Shown here: positions 49,073-58,114 of the stretch, in pieces
Layout: every line of letters starts with the position of its first letter
How positions within the stretch are numbered: the stretch's first letter is position 1
Source: Promethearchaeota archaeon
GTDB lineage: Archaea; Asgardarchaeota; Lokiarchaeia; Sigyniarchaeales; SOKP01
Reading direction: 5' to 3'
Assembly (NCBI GenBank): GCA_048937405.1
Contig: JBHLNF010000008.1
Span: forward strand, 32,001-96,000
Length of the DNA stretch: 64,000 bases
Notes under the pieces: generated by a model
Seen by the model: only the letters and a program-made list of their open reading frames with translations
Databases searched by the model: none
Told to the model about the DNA's origin: nothing
Program-made: the position numbers and the translations under genes

Positions 49073-50118
49073 TTCTTTTTTTGCCTCCCTCTTTTGAATT
49101 TTAAAGACAATTCACTATTTTCTATATCAGTATTAATTAAATCTAGGTATAAATCTTCAAGACGAGAAGTCCGAACTTTATTGAACCCAATAATTGGCAG
49201 TTTCATCTCAAAGGTTAAAATATCATGAATTTCTTTCCTAGAAGTAGGTTTGCCATCATAATAAATATTAAAACCTGGAATATTATCATCATAAAATACA
49301 AATTCTTTTTCCGTATCACTATTATAAGGTCTTAATTTTTGGTTTAAATCATTTTGGATTCTATTAATCTGTGTTATCGATAAAGGTTCAAGCAATTCAC
49401 ATTGAAGTTCCTTTTTTGTCATCTTTTGTTCAAGATTAGCCAATGTATTCACAGCGACTAATTTTCCATTATTTATTATAGCTATTCTATCGCAAATTTC
49501 AGATATTTCATATAGCAAATGAGAAGAAAGGAAAATTGTCTTACCAATCTTGTTGATTTTTTTCATTATTTCTCTAACATGAACCCGAGCCGCGGGATCT
49601 AATCCAGTTTGAGGTTCATCTAATATCAATATTTCAGGATTATGAACAAGACTTTGAGCTAACCCTAAACGTTGAGTCATTCCCTTTGAAAATTCTTTTA
49701 TTTTTTTGGTTTTCCATTTTAATAAATCTACTATTTCAAGAGCCCAATCAATTTGAGATTGGATTTTTTCTTTTGGAACACCTAACAATCGACAATAATA
49801 AGTAAGTATTTGGTTAGGTGTTATTTTACCATAAAATGCAGGAAGATCAATTAAAAACCCAAATTTTTGGTAAACTTTGTTAGGATATTCTATTGTATTA
49901 ATGAAATGTCCTTTTCCATCAGAAATTTCAATTATTCCTGAAGTTGGTTTAACAAGACTTCCTAACATTTTCATTGTTGTTGTCTTACCAGCACCATTTG
50001 GCCCTACAAATCCTAAAATTTCACCTCTCTTTACTTCAAGGTTTAAATTTTGTACAGCAATTAAGTCATGATATTGCTTAGTTAAATTTTTAAAATTAAT
50101 TACTATTTGATTATCCAT
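49069..50118 (-). CDS. ABC-2 type transporter ATP-binding protein
   Basis: GPNGAGKTT, FSKGM, LILDEP, SSH. Confidence 0.93.
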   Translation of the reverse strand: MDNQIVINFKNLTKQYHDLIAVQNLNLEVKRGEILGFVGPNGAGKTTTMKMLGSLVKPTSGIIEISDGKGHFINTIEYPNKVYQKFGFLIDLPAFYGKITPNQILTYYCRLLGVPKEKIQSQIDWALEIVDLLKWKTKKIKEFSKGMTQRLGLAQSLVHNPEILILDEPQTGLDPAARVHVREIMKKINKIGKTIFLSSHLLYEISEICDRIAIINNGKLVAVNTLANLEQKMTKKELQCELLEPLSITQINRIQNDLNQKLRPYNSDTEKEFVFYDDNIPGFNIYYDGKPTSRKEIHDILTFEMKLPIIGFNKVRTSRLEDLYLDLINTDIENSELSLKFKRGRQKKK

Positions 50119-50362
50119 AAATTACCCTCTTTTAATGATCTATAAAGTGTGTTCAATATTAGTTAAGATATTAATGATTAAGGTAATATATATAGGAAAT
50201 ATAGTCCAATTTTTTAGCAAGAATAAGAATTCACAGATTTCTAGTAATTCGTTTTATACTAATCCTAATCTAATTTATCATATTCATAAGCTTAATTTAT
50301 TATATTGTTAAAGATTATGATTTTTAATACGTATTTAATTTTCTAACTGAAATGGTGATAAA

Positions 50363-51265
50363 TTGCTGAATTTTGATAATGAACAAAAAGTAGTTCAAAT
50401 TGGAAATATTAAAATAGGTGGTCAACCAGGAGAAAATCCAATTGTTATGATTGGTACTGTTTTTTATGCAAAACATAAGGCATTATTAGATGAAAAAACA
50501 GGTGAAATTGATAAGAAATTAGTTGAAGAAGAATTAAATAATTATATAGAAATCATCGAAGAAACACAATTACAAGGTGTTATAGATGTAATTGGGGCAT
50601 ACCCAGAAGCATTGATAAAAGAATGTGAATTTATCGCAGATAATGTAGAATATCCCTTTTTAGTTGATGGACTAAATGATTCCTCAAGGATCCCTGCAAT
50701 GGAAGGATTACAGGAAATAGGATTACTAGATCGAGCTATTTTAAATAGTATTGATGAAAATACCACTGATGAAAATTTAGAGAAATTAAAACAAATTCGA
50801 GTAAAAAATGCAGTATTATTGACATTTGGAAATAAATATATATTTCCTCAGCAAAAGTTAAAATTTTTAAGAGAGATCTTAATACCCAAAACCGAGAAAG
50901 CAAATATCAAAAATATTATAGTTGATACCGCAGTTTTAGATTTACCATCAATTTCTATTAATTTTGAAACAGCAGGACTAATTAAAAAAGAATTAGGTTT
51001 ACCAACTGGATTTGCTCCTTCCAATGCAATTTATGGATGGAGTTATATTAAAAAATTTGGTGAAAATGCACGATGCGGCGCAATTGCTTCTATAATGACC
51101 TATTGTGCCACTGCTCCGAGTGATTTTATTTTATTTGGACCAATAAAATTTGCAAAGTGTACTATACCCGCTGTTGCTTTAATTTCCGGTGTAAACTCAT
51201 ATTATCAAAAAAGAGTAAAAAGACAGAAAATATCTGAACGTACTCCCTTAAAAACAATTTTTTAA
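50363..51265 (+). CDS. mtrH: MtrH-family pterin:corrinoid methyltransferase (stand-alone)
   Basis: F..EQKV..IG..KIGGQPGENP, GTVFY..H, LVDG, NSI, VDTAV, GLPTG..PSNA, LFGPI. Confidence 0.85.
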   Translation: MLNFDNEQKVVQIGNIKIGGQPGENPIVMIGTVFYAKHKALLDEKTGEIDKKLVEEELNNYIEIIEETQLQGVIDVIGAYPEALIKECEFIADNVEYPFLVDGLNDSSRIPAMEGLQEIGLLDRAILNSIDENTTDENLEKLKQIRVKNAVLLTFGNKYIFPQQKLKFLREILIPKTEKANIKNIIVDTAVLDLPSISINFETAGLIKKELGLPTGFAPSNAIYGWSYIKKFGENARCGAIASIMTYCATAPSDFILFGPIKFAKCTIPAVALISGVNSYYQKRVKRQKISERTPLKTIF

Positions 51266-52767
51266 CCAATATATCTTAAAAGTAAATCTTTTGTCTGCTT
51301 TAAAAAATCTGTTAATTGTTTGTTTATAATTTTTTTCTTCTTTTCATTATCAACTAGAAATAAAATAAACATATTATTTTCTTCAATTTGTATTTTTTTA
51401 AAAAGAATAACTGAATTTGCTACTTTAAATATTGCTTCTTCTTTCTGTAGAGCTTTAAATTTAGAAAAAATTTTAAATAACATTGTAAATTGTGGTGCTG
51501 TTACTTCAAATACATTCATAACTTCAGTTTTCGGTATTTTAATTAAATCCATTGCATCTGTGCTATAGAAATCCGCTAAAACTAATCCATCAGCACTTAA
51601 TAATAAAGTTAAATAAGAATTTGTTGCTAACGAAAAATTTTTTAAATTATGGTTAATCAAATCTCTATTCGGACTTAGTTTTGATATACCAGAGGAAAAT
51701 GCTCTTAAAACTGTAAAAATTTGGAAGATACTAGTAATATATATTTCTATTGTGTCATTGTTGGAGATTTCAGATAGTTTTTTTTTTATATACTCAATAT
51801 TTTCTTTAATTTCTCTTGAATTAATTATATCAGAATCTCCCTTGGATAAAACATATATAATTGGAGTATTTTGATTAAATTTATTTAATACGTTTTTTAA
51901 ATCTTGAAGATATTCAATACTTTCTTCAAATCTTTTGTTATTTTTAATATCGATAAAATAAAAAAGTAAATCTGCTTCATACAAATAAATTTCTGCTTTA
52001 TTTATATATTTCTTTCTAAATGTATATTGCCCTCCTAAATCCCATAAAAAAATTGTTGCTCCCAAAGCTTCTATAGATTTGATACTTGCTCCTGCTGTGG
52101 GTTTTAAGCCAATTAATTTACTATATTTCCGATCCACTGATAATAAAAAACTTGTTTTTCCACTATCATCCAACCCAGCAAATAAAATTTTCATTTTTCG
52201 ATGAGTAGTAATTGGAGTTGAAGGATTTCGCTCAATTTCTATTAAATTTTGTAAAAGTTTATGAAAAAAAGGTAAAGCCTCTTCACGTGGTGGATAATAC
52301 TTTACCATTTTTTTATCAAAAGTTTGGAAAAATTCATATACTATAGGTTTAATTCTATTCATATTATTGTATAAAAAGCTCCGACTATTTTCTTCTACTA
52401 ATATAGAAAATGCTGTAGCTACAGGGTGGATTGAATTTAATCTAATAAAATGGAAGTAAGTAAGAGATGTAGTCTTAAAATCAGGATAAGGTAAAATTGC
52501 GAAATATTGTAATTTTCTAAGATCCTTTTCTTGAGAAATTATTTTATCACTAATAAATAAACTTAAATTTTTTATTGAAATTTGAGTTATATCTCGCATA
52601 CTCAGAACAAGTTCCGTTTCCATCTTTGAGGATTTATCAATTTCTTTTAATTCTTTTTCAGTATAATGCTCTGGAAAGCAATATATAGGTGATGGACCGA
52701 GTTCTCCATATACACTTAAAACAAAACCTTTTAGAATTGAAGATTTGAATAATTCTTCCATTATCAT
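51262..52767 (-). CDS. uDENN/longin-like + Rag/Arf-like GTPase + roadblock-like fusion (no Arg-finger loop)
   Basis: VYGELGP...ILPYP; GLDDSGKT, PTAG, WDLGGQ, SKGD, TSIF; C-terminal LSPN...L..F......LL.ADGLVLA. Confidence 0.82.
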   Translation of the reverse strand: MIMEELFKSSILKGFVLSVYGELGPSPIYCFPEHYTEKELKEIDKSSKMETELVLSMRDITQISIKNLSLFISDKIISQEKDLRKLQYFAILPYPDFKTTSLTYFHFIRLNSIHPVATAFSILVEENSRSFLYNNMNRIKPIVYEFFQTFDKKMVKYYPPREEALPFFHKLLQNLIEIERNPSTPITTHRKMKILFAGLDDSGKTSFLLSVDRKYSKLIGLKPTAGASIKSIEALGATIFLWDLGGQYTFRKKYINKAEIYLYEADLLFYFIDIKNNKRFEESIEYLQDLKNVLNKFNQNTPIIYVLSKGDSDIINSREIKENIEYIKKKLSEISNNDTIEIYITSIFQIFTVLRAFSSGISKLSPNRDLINHNLKNFSLATNSYLTLLLSADGLVLADFYSTDAMDLIKIPKTEVMNVFEVTAPQFTMLFKIFSKFKALQKEEAIFKVANSVILFKKIQIEENNMFILFLVDNEKKKKIINKQLTDFLKQTKDLLLRYIG

Positions 52768-52886
52768 AAATAACTATATTTGAATTATAAGATGTAAATT
52801 TCTTTATTTTATTTAAGCAAATTTAATTATTAATAACTGAGTAATTTTTCCCTTTTTAGTTTGTTTTATAAATGTTTTTTCTTTTT

Positions 52887-52923
52887 TTAAAACACCATTT
52901 TTAATTGTACAACGGTGTTTTAA
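52887..52923. promoter_or_regulatory. Inverted repeat TTAAAACACC-N17-GGTGTTTTAA in a divergent promoter region
   Basis: Perfect 10-bp arms between divergent starts 52767 and 53035. Confidence 0.45.
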
Positions 52924-53034
52924 TAGTTATATTTCTTGAGTAAGCCTTAAATAAAAATCTTTCTTCATTATAAATTAATTTTACGAAGTCAAGTTATATT
53001 AAAGATAAAAAAGGAAAAAGGAGAATAAAAAATT

Positions 53035-54390
53035 TTGAAAGCTAAAAGAATAAATTTCGTTTTATTTCTCTTCTTTATAAATATTGGATTTACTTATGAA
53101 TTTAGTCAAATATCTGAGATCTACCAGAAAAATGTTAACACCAATAGAAATTTGTTTATTTCATCTCTTAACAATTCGATTATTTTAGAGTGGAATTTTA
53201 CATGGGGTGGAAATGATAATGAAATTGCTACGGACATTGTACTAGATTCATTAGGAAATATTTATATTACAGGATATGCGAATTATTCGTTTATAGGAAA
53301 TTTTGATATAATTTTAGCAAAATTTGATAGTTCAGGTCAAATCCAATGGAATAGAACATTTGGAGGAGATGGATGGGATAGTGGTTATGATATCGCGCTT
53401 GACTCAAACAATAATATATATCTAGCAGGACGTATAGATCTGAGTGAGGAACCATGGGATAGTAATACAGATCTTATTTTAGTTAAATATAATTCTCTTG
53501 GTGAGTTTCAGTGGAATAAGACTTGTGGCGGAGAAGGAGAGGATACTTATTTAGGGATGACTCTAGATTCAGTTGATAATATATATATTACTGGATATGT
53601 TTCAAACATTAGTGACGGTGATTATCCTGATTTAGTAGTATTTAAATATAACCATTTAGGAAATCATTTATGGAACAGAACTTGGGGGGAACATGGTGAG
53701 GATTATGGATTAGATATTGTCTTAGATTCCTCAGGTAATATTTATCTCACTGGTCAGAGTTTTGACGAGTCTAGTGGGGCAAATATATGTTTATTGAAAT
53801 ATAACAATTTAGGTGAATTTCAGTGGAAAAAAACATGGAATAAGAGTATTAAACATGAATATGGAACGGGAATTGCGTTAGATTCTTCTGAAAATATTTA
53901 TATTACTGGAATTACTCTTGTTGACTCATATCCTAACTATGATATGGTTTTTCTAAAATATAATGCTAGCGGTGCATTGGTTTGGAATCGAACATGGGGT
54001 AAAAAATATTTTGATGCTTTATTAGATATTGCAATAGATTCAGAAGATAATATATATTTAGCTGGAATAGTAAATTATTCGACTGCAAAACTATATGATT
54101 TTTGCTTAATGCAATTCAATATTAATGGTGAACAGCAATTTAATCATACATGGGGGGGGATAAAAAACGATCAGTGCAGAGCATTAACTATAGATTCATC
54201 CAACAATATCTTTCTAGCAGGATACACAGAAAGTTTTGGCTCCGGTTATATTGATATTTATTTGGCAAAGTTTTCTAAGTCAGCTGATAAAAAAGAAAGT
54301 TCAGAAATACATAGTTATGATTTATCTCTTTTAATATTATGTACTATCTTAATTGTAGGGATAATCATTAAAAAGAAATTAAAGCATTGA
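53035..54390 (+). CDS. Secreted SBBP-repeat beta-propeller surface protein with C-terminal membrane anchor
   Basis: Signal peptide; about 7 LDS..NIYITG...WN.TWG repeats; C-terminal IHSYDL + TM + KKKLK. Confidence 0.85.
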   Translation: MKAKRINFVLFLFFINIGFTYEFSQISEIYQKNVNTNRNLFISSLNNSIILEWNFTWGGNDNEIATDIVLDSLGNIYITGYANYSFIGNFDIILAKFDSSGQIQWNRTFGGDGWDSGYDIALDSNNNIYLAGRIDLSEEPWDSNTDLILVKYNSLGEFQWNKTCGGEGEDTYLGMTLDSVDNIYITGYVSNISDGDYPDLVVFKYNHLGNHLWNRTWGEHGEDYGLDIVLDSSGNIYLTGQSFDESSGANICLLKYNNLGEFQWKKTWNKSIKHEYGTGIALDSSENIYITGITLVDSYPNYDMVFLKYNASGALVWNRTWGKKYFDALLDIAIDSEDNIYLAGIVNYSTAKLYDFCLMQFNINGEQQFNHTWGGIKNDQCRALTIDSSNNIFLAGYTESFGSGYIDIYLAKFSKSADKKESSEIHSYDLSLLILCTILIVGIIIKKKLKH

Positions 54391-54475
54391 AATAATTCTT
54401 ATTTTTTTATTTGCTTGAAGATTTAAACCCCATATTTTATACTTAAGTAAAAAATATCCTATCTTTAAATAAAAC

Positions 54476-54570
54476 GAGTATTTTAACGTACTTATTTATT
54501 AATTACTATATATTCTATAATTAAGTAAAGTGGGTATTTTTACTCACTTATTTATTAATAACTTTATATT
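54476..54570. repeat. Imperfect 39-bp direct repeat (two copies) upstream of 54581
   Basis: gagtattttaacgtacttatttattaattactatatatt (54476-54514) vs gggtatttttactcacttatttattaataactttatatt (54532-54570), 6 mismatches. Confidence 0.6.
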
Positions 54571-54580
54571 TAAATCATAA

Positions 54581-55543
54581 ATGTCTTTGAAAAAAATTGC
54601 TGAAAGCATAAGAAATAATCAATATATTATTGAGAAAATGGAAATAAGTCCCATTGTACAGTATATTGATAAAAATTCCTTTAAGAGTAATAAAATATTC
54701 AGTGATATTGGTGAAGATTCTGCTGCAATAAATTATAATGAGAAATTAATATTACTTACAACCGATCGAATTAGGACTTCATTTATTGAAAACTTTCCAT
54801 TTGGAGCTGGATTTAGTTCTGTTTTGGTAAGTGTAGATGACATATATGCATGTGGGGGTTCTCCATTAGCAGCAAGTATTATAATATCGGTTAAAGAATC
54901 TAATATCTGCAATAAACTATTGGAAGGAATTTGTGAAGGTTCACAGAAATTCCAAGTCCCAATCATAAGAGGTCATACAAATGTCAATAGTAAGTATTAT
55001 GAATTAAGTTCTACAATGATAGGTGAAATAAATAAAAGTGATTATATTTCTGCGGGAAATGCTCAGAAAGATGATAAAATTATTTTAGCCGTTGATTTTG
55101 ATGGTAAAATTGGGAAAGCTAGTAAATTTTATTATGATACAACAACATTTAAAGATTCTGAGACTGTATTAAAGAAAAGAAGATCTATGAATGTTTTAGC
55201 TAAAAAACAATTAGTTAATGCTTCTAAAGATGTTTCAAACGGAGGAATTTTTGGAACTTTATTACAATTAATAAAATATTCAAATGTAGGAGCAAATGTG
55301 AATATTAACAGAATTCTAATTCCACCAATATTAATCGAAAATGAATATGATTTAGAAACATATCTTCAGATGTATCTCACAACATCATTTGTTTTAACTG
55401 CTCCAAAAAATAACTGTAAAGAAGTAATTAAAATATTCAATGAATTTGGATTAGAAGCTCAAATCATAGGAGATATTATTAAAGAAAAGAATCTTTTGAA
55501 AATAAATGATGGAATAAATTCAATAGATGTAATACGATTTTAA
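54581..55543 (+). CDS. AIR-synthase/PurM-like superfamily protein (methanogenesis-marker-2/sll0787-like)
   Basis: GEDSAAI, AGFSSVLVSVDDIYACGGSP, VPIIRGHT, SKDVSNGGIFGT. Confidence 0.78.
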   Translation: MSLKKIAESIRNNQYIIEKMEISPIVQYIDKNSFKSNKIFSDIGEDSAAINYNEKLILLTTDRIRTSFIENFPFGAGFSSVLVSVDDIYACGGSPLAASIIISVKESNICNKLLEGICEGSQKFQVPIIRGHTNVNSKYYELSSTMIGEINKSDYISAGNAQKDDKIILAVDFDGKIGKASKFYYDTTTFKDSETVLKKRRSMNVLAKKQLVNASKDVSNGGIFGTLLQLIKYSNVGANVNINRILIPPILIENEYDLETYLQMYLTTSFVLTAPKNNCKEVIKIFNEFGLEAQIIGDIIKEKNLLKINDGINSIDVIRF

Positions 55544-55707
55544 GTATTTTATTCAAAAAGCGATCTTAGATAATAAAAAAAAATCTTTTATATTTTTATT
55601 ATTATTATTTGTTCTAATTTTCCCTATATTATACGTTAATGATTTAAGAGAAACTTTATAAATAATTTCTTTAATATTTTTTAATTAAGTTTTAGTAGTT
55701 GATTTTG

Positions 55708-56022
55708 TTAATTTAGAATTAAATGACAAGTACTACAATATTTACGAGTAGAATCATTAACAGCACCACACATTTGAAAGATAATTTTTTTTGATTTCTT
55801 TACTGTTATTTCCACTTCTTTTTCTGCCTTAAATTTAGCTAATTTTTCTTCTACTTCTCTTGCTTCTTTTTTAATTTTTGAAGTAAATTTATCTAAACGC
55901 TCTTTACCACCGCCTATTTTATCTTTAAGTTTAGATTTAAAGGAACTTTCAGAAGTTTGTTCTTTGTCTGCTGAACTAACCGATGTTTCGTTTAATTCTT
56001 CTTCATTATTGGATTCATTCAT
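55708..56022 (-). CDS. Small charged protein with degenerate C-terminal Zn ribbon
   Basis: IIFQMCGAVN....YCSTC: first Cys of the ribbon absent. Confidence 0.5.
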   Translation of the reverse strand: MNESNNEEELNETSVSSADKEQTSESSFKSKLKDKIGGGKERLDKFTSKIKKEAREVEEKLAKFKAEKEVEITVKKSKKIIFQMCGAVNDSTRKYCSTCHLILN

Positions 56023-56150
56023 TAAGTTTTATCATTTTATTTAGTTTTAATACATAAGATTAATAACAATTAGATTAATATTTATTTTTATCATAATGAT
56101 TAGCCATTAACAAGTTAAACAATAATGGCTATATTTAATGAAGTATAAAA

Positions 56151-56693
56151 ATGCGTAGGAAAATGATTTTTGATTTCAAAAAGGAATATAATGGTGTAAT
56201 ATCTGTTATTGGAGCAAGTGAAATTGATAAAGATACAAAAAAAAAAGCTGTTGAAATTGGTAAATTACTTGCTCAAAATAGATATATTGTTGCTTGTGGT
56301 GGATTATCCGGTGTAATGAAAGCTGTTTGCAAGGGAGCAAAAATTGAAAATGGATTAACAATTGGAATTATTCCCTACATTGAAAAATCAGCAGCAAATA
56401 AATACGTTGACATTGTTATTCCTTGCCCATTTTCTCAAGCAAGGAATATTGTTGTAGTTCTTAGCGGTGATGCATGTTTAGCAATTAGTGGTAAAGCAGG
56501 GACTTTATCAGAAATCTGTTTTGCATGGATTTATCAAAAGCCAATAGTAGCATTATCTGGTGTAAAGGGATGGTCATCAAAAATAGCCAATCAAAAATTA
56601 GATGATCGAAGATTTGATATAATCTATGGTGTTGAAACTCCTCAAGAAGCAATTTCTAAATTAATTGAATTATTAAATACTCCAAAAATTTAG
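56151..56693 (+). CDS. TIGR00725 / LOG-like (SLOG) Rossmann nucleotide-binding protein
   Basis: VIGA, CGGLSGVM.AVCKGA, TIGIIP, ARN.VVV, GTLSE. Confidence 0.88.
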   Translation: MRRKMIFDFKKEYNGVISVIGASEIDKDTKKKAVEIGKLLAQNRYIVACGGLSGVMKAVCKGAKIENGLTIGIIPYIEKSAANKYVDIVIPCPFSQARNIVVVLSGDACLAISGKAGTLSEICFAWIYQKPIVALSGVKGWSSKIANQKLDDRRFDIIYGVETPQEAISKLIELLNTPKI

Positions 56694-56851
56694 ATTATAA
56701 GCTCAAAAAAAAATATTCATTGAGAAAATCAATTATATCTGAATATCAATAAGAAATGCAAAAAATAAAATAGTATGAAATAATTTTGTAAATTACAAAA
56801 AGAATATATTTATATTTAAATTACTTTTATAAAAATAGGTGAAATTAGACT

Positions 56852-57823
56852 TTGGAAAAAAATCTTAAACAATCAATATTATACTTAAAGAAAGAGGAAC
56901 CAGAGTTACCTATATCAGTAAATAAGGTTTTATTCACTGGTCTTGATGATGCGGGTAAAACAAGTATTATTTTATCACTTCAAAGAGAGTTTTCTAAAAT
57001 AGCAATATTATCCCCCACACGAGGAGCACAAAGGAGAATATTTAATTTTTTGGGTAAGGAGATATCAGAATGGGATTTAGGAGGCCAATTAGCATATCGT
57101 ATTGCCTATTTAAAAAATCCAGGAAAATATTTTGAAGGTACTGAAATTGCTATATATGTAATTGATATACAAAATAAAGAAAGATTTTCTGAGGCTATTA
57201 GTTATTTTAAAGATGTCATAGATCAATTTCAAAAATTAGAAATAGAACCTCCAATATATGTATTCCTCCACAAATTCGACCCTGCTCTAAGAAGAAATGC
57301 CCAAAATGAGATGGAAACATTAGTTCTTGATTTAAAAGATAAACTAAAAGCAACTGAATATAAAAAAATATTTTACTATGAAACGTCCATTTATAATTTT
57401 GGCTCAATAATAGCAGCTATGTCAGAAATTCTTTTAGATTTGTATCCAAAATCTGAATTAATTGAAAAAACAATTCAAGAATTTGCTAAGAAAGTTGAAT
57501 CTGATGGAGTGGTTATTATCGATGATAATTCCCTCATAATTGGATCATATTATAAAGATGATGAAATTAGGCATCTCCTAAACGCCAGCTGTCCATTTTT
57601 TTTAACTCTTCATGATTCATTCCAATACACGAATCCTGCAGAAGATAAGTTTGGTGATCGGATGTTAATTCAGCGTTTTGGCAGAAACTTCATATTTAAA
57701 CAATTCGAATTAAAGAAAGACATGCCACCATATTATTTACTACTTGTGAAGGAAGAGCCTGTTTTTAATAAGGAAGATCTTGAATCTTTTATTAATTTAT
57801 TAGGGGAAATATTGTACAAATAA
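56852..57823 (+). CDS. Rag/Gtr-like GTPase with C-terminal roadblock-like domain
   Basis: GLDDAGKT, PTRG, WDLGGQ, Rag-type HKFD and TSIY; C-terminal IQEFA......VVIID.NSLIIG. Confidence 0.82.
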   Translation: MEKNLKQSILYLKKEEPELPISVNKVLFTGLDDAGKTSIILSLQREFSKIAILSPTRGAQRRIFNFLGKEISEWDLGGQLAYRIAYLKNPGKYFEGTEIAIYVIDIQNKERFSEAISYFKDVIDQFQKLEIEPPIYVFLHKFDPALRRNAQNEMETLVLDLKDKLKATEYKKIFYYETSIYNFGSIIAAMSEILLDLYPKSELIEKTIQEFAKKVESDGVVIIDDNSLIIGSYYKDDEIRHLLNASCPFFLTLHDSFQYTNPAEDKFGDRMLIQRFGRNFIFKQFELKKDMPPYYLLLVKEEPVFNKEDLESFINLLGEILYK

Positions 57824-58114
57824 TTCTATTATTTTATAGTAATTGATTAGATAAAATAAAAAGAAGATTCATTAGTTTATAGGTTTTTAAAAAAAAGCAG
57901 ATCAATTCAATTTTAAGGATTTTACATAGGTTCGCTTACAATCTAAAAATATTAATCTTAGCCTTGCTTTTTTAGTAGTAGAGAATTATTACTAATATTA
58001 ATAAAATTTTATTTTTATTTGTTATTTATAAGTTAAAAAATTAAATGTATTGAATTACAAAAGTCTAAATAAACTGTGAAAAAGCTTTAAAAACCAAAAA
58101 GTGGGAAAAATCTA

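Noticed and set aside
54476-54570. CRISPR array
   Set aside because: Only two imperfect AT-rich copies, 17-nt gap, no cas genes
50363-55543. Methanogenesis inferred from mtrH and a marker-2-like PurM protein
   Set aside because: No mcr or mtrA-G genes here; both families occur in non-methanogens
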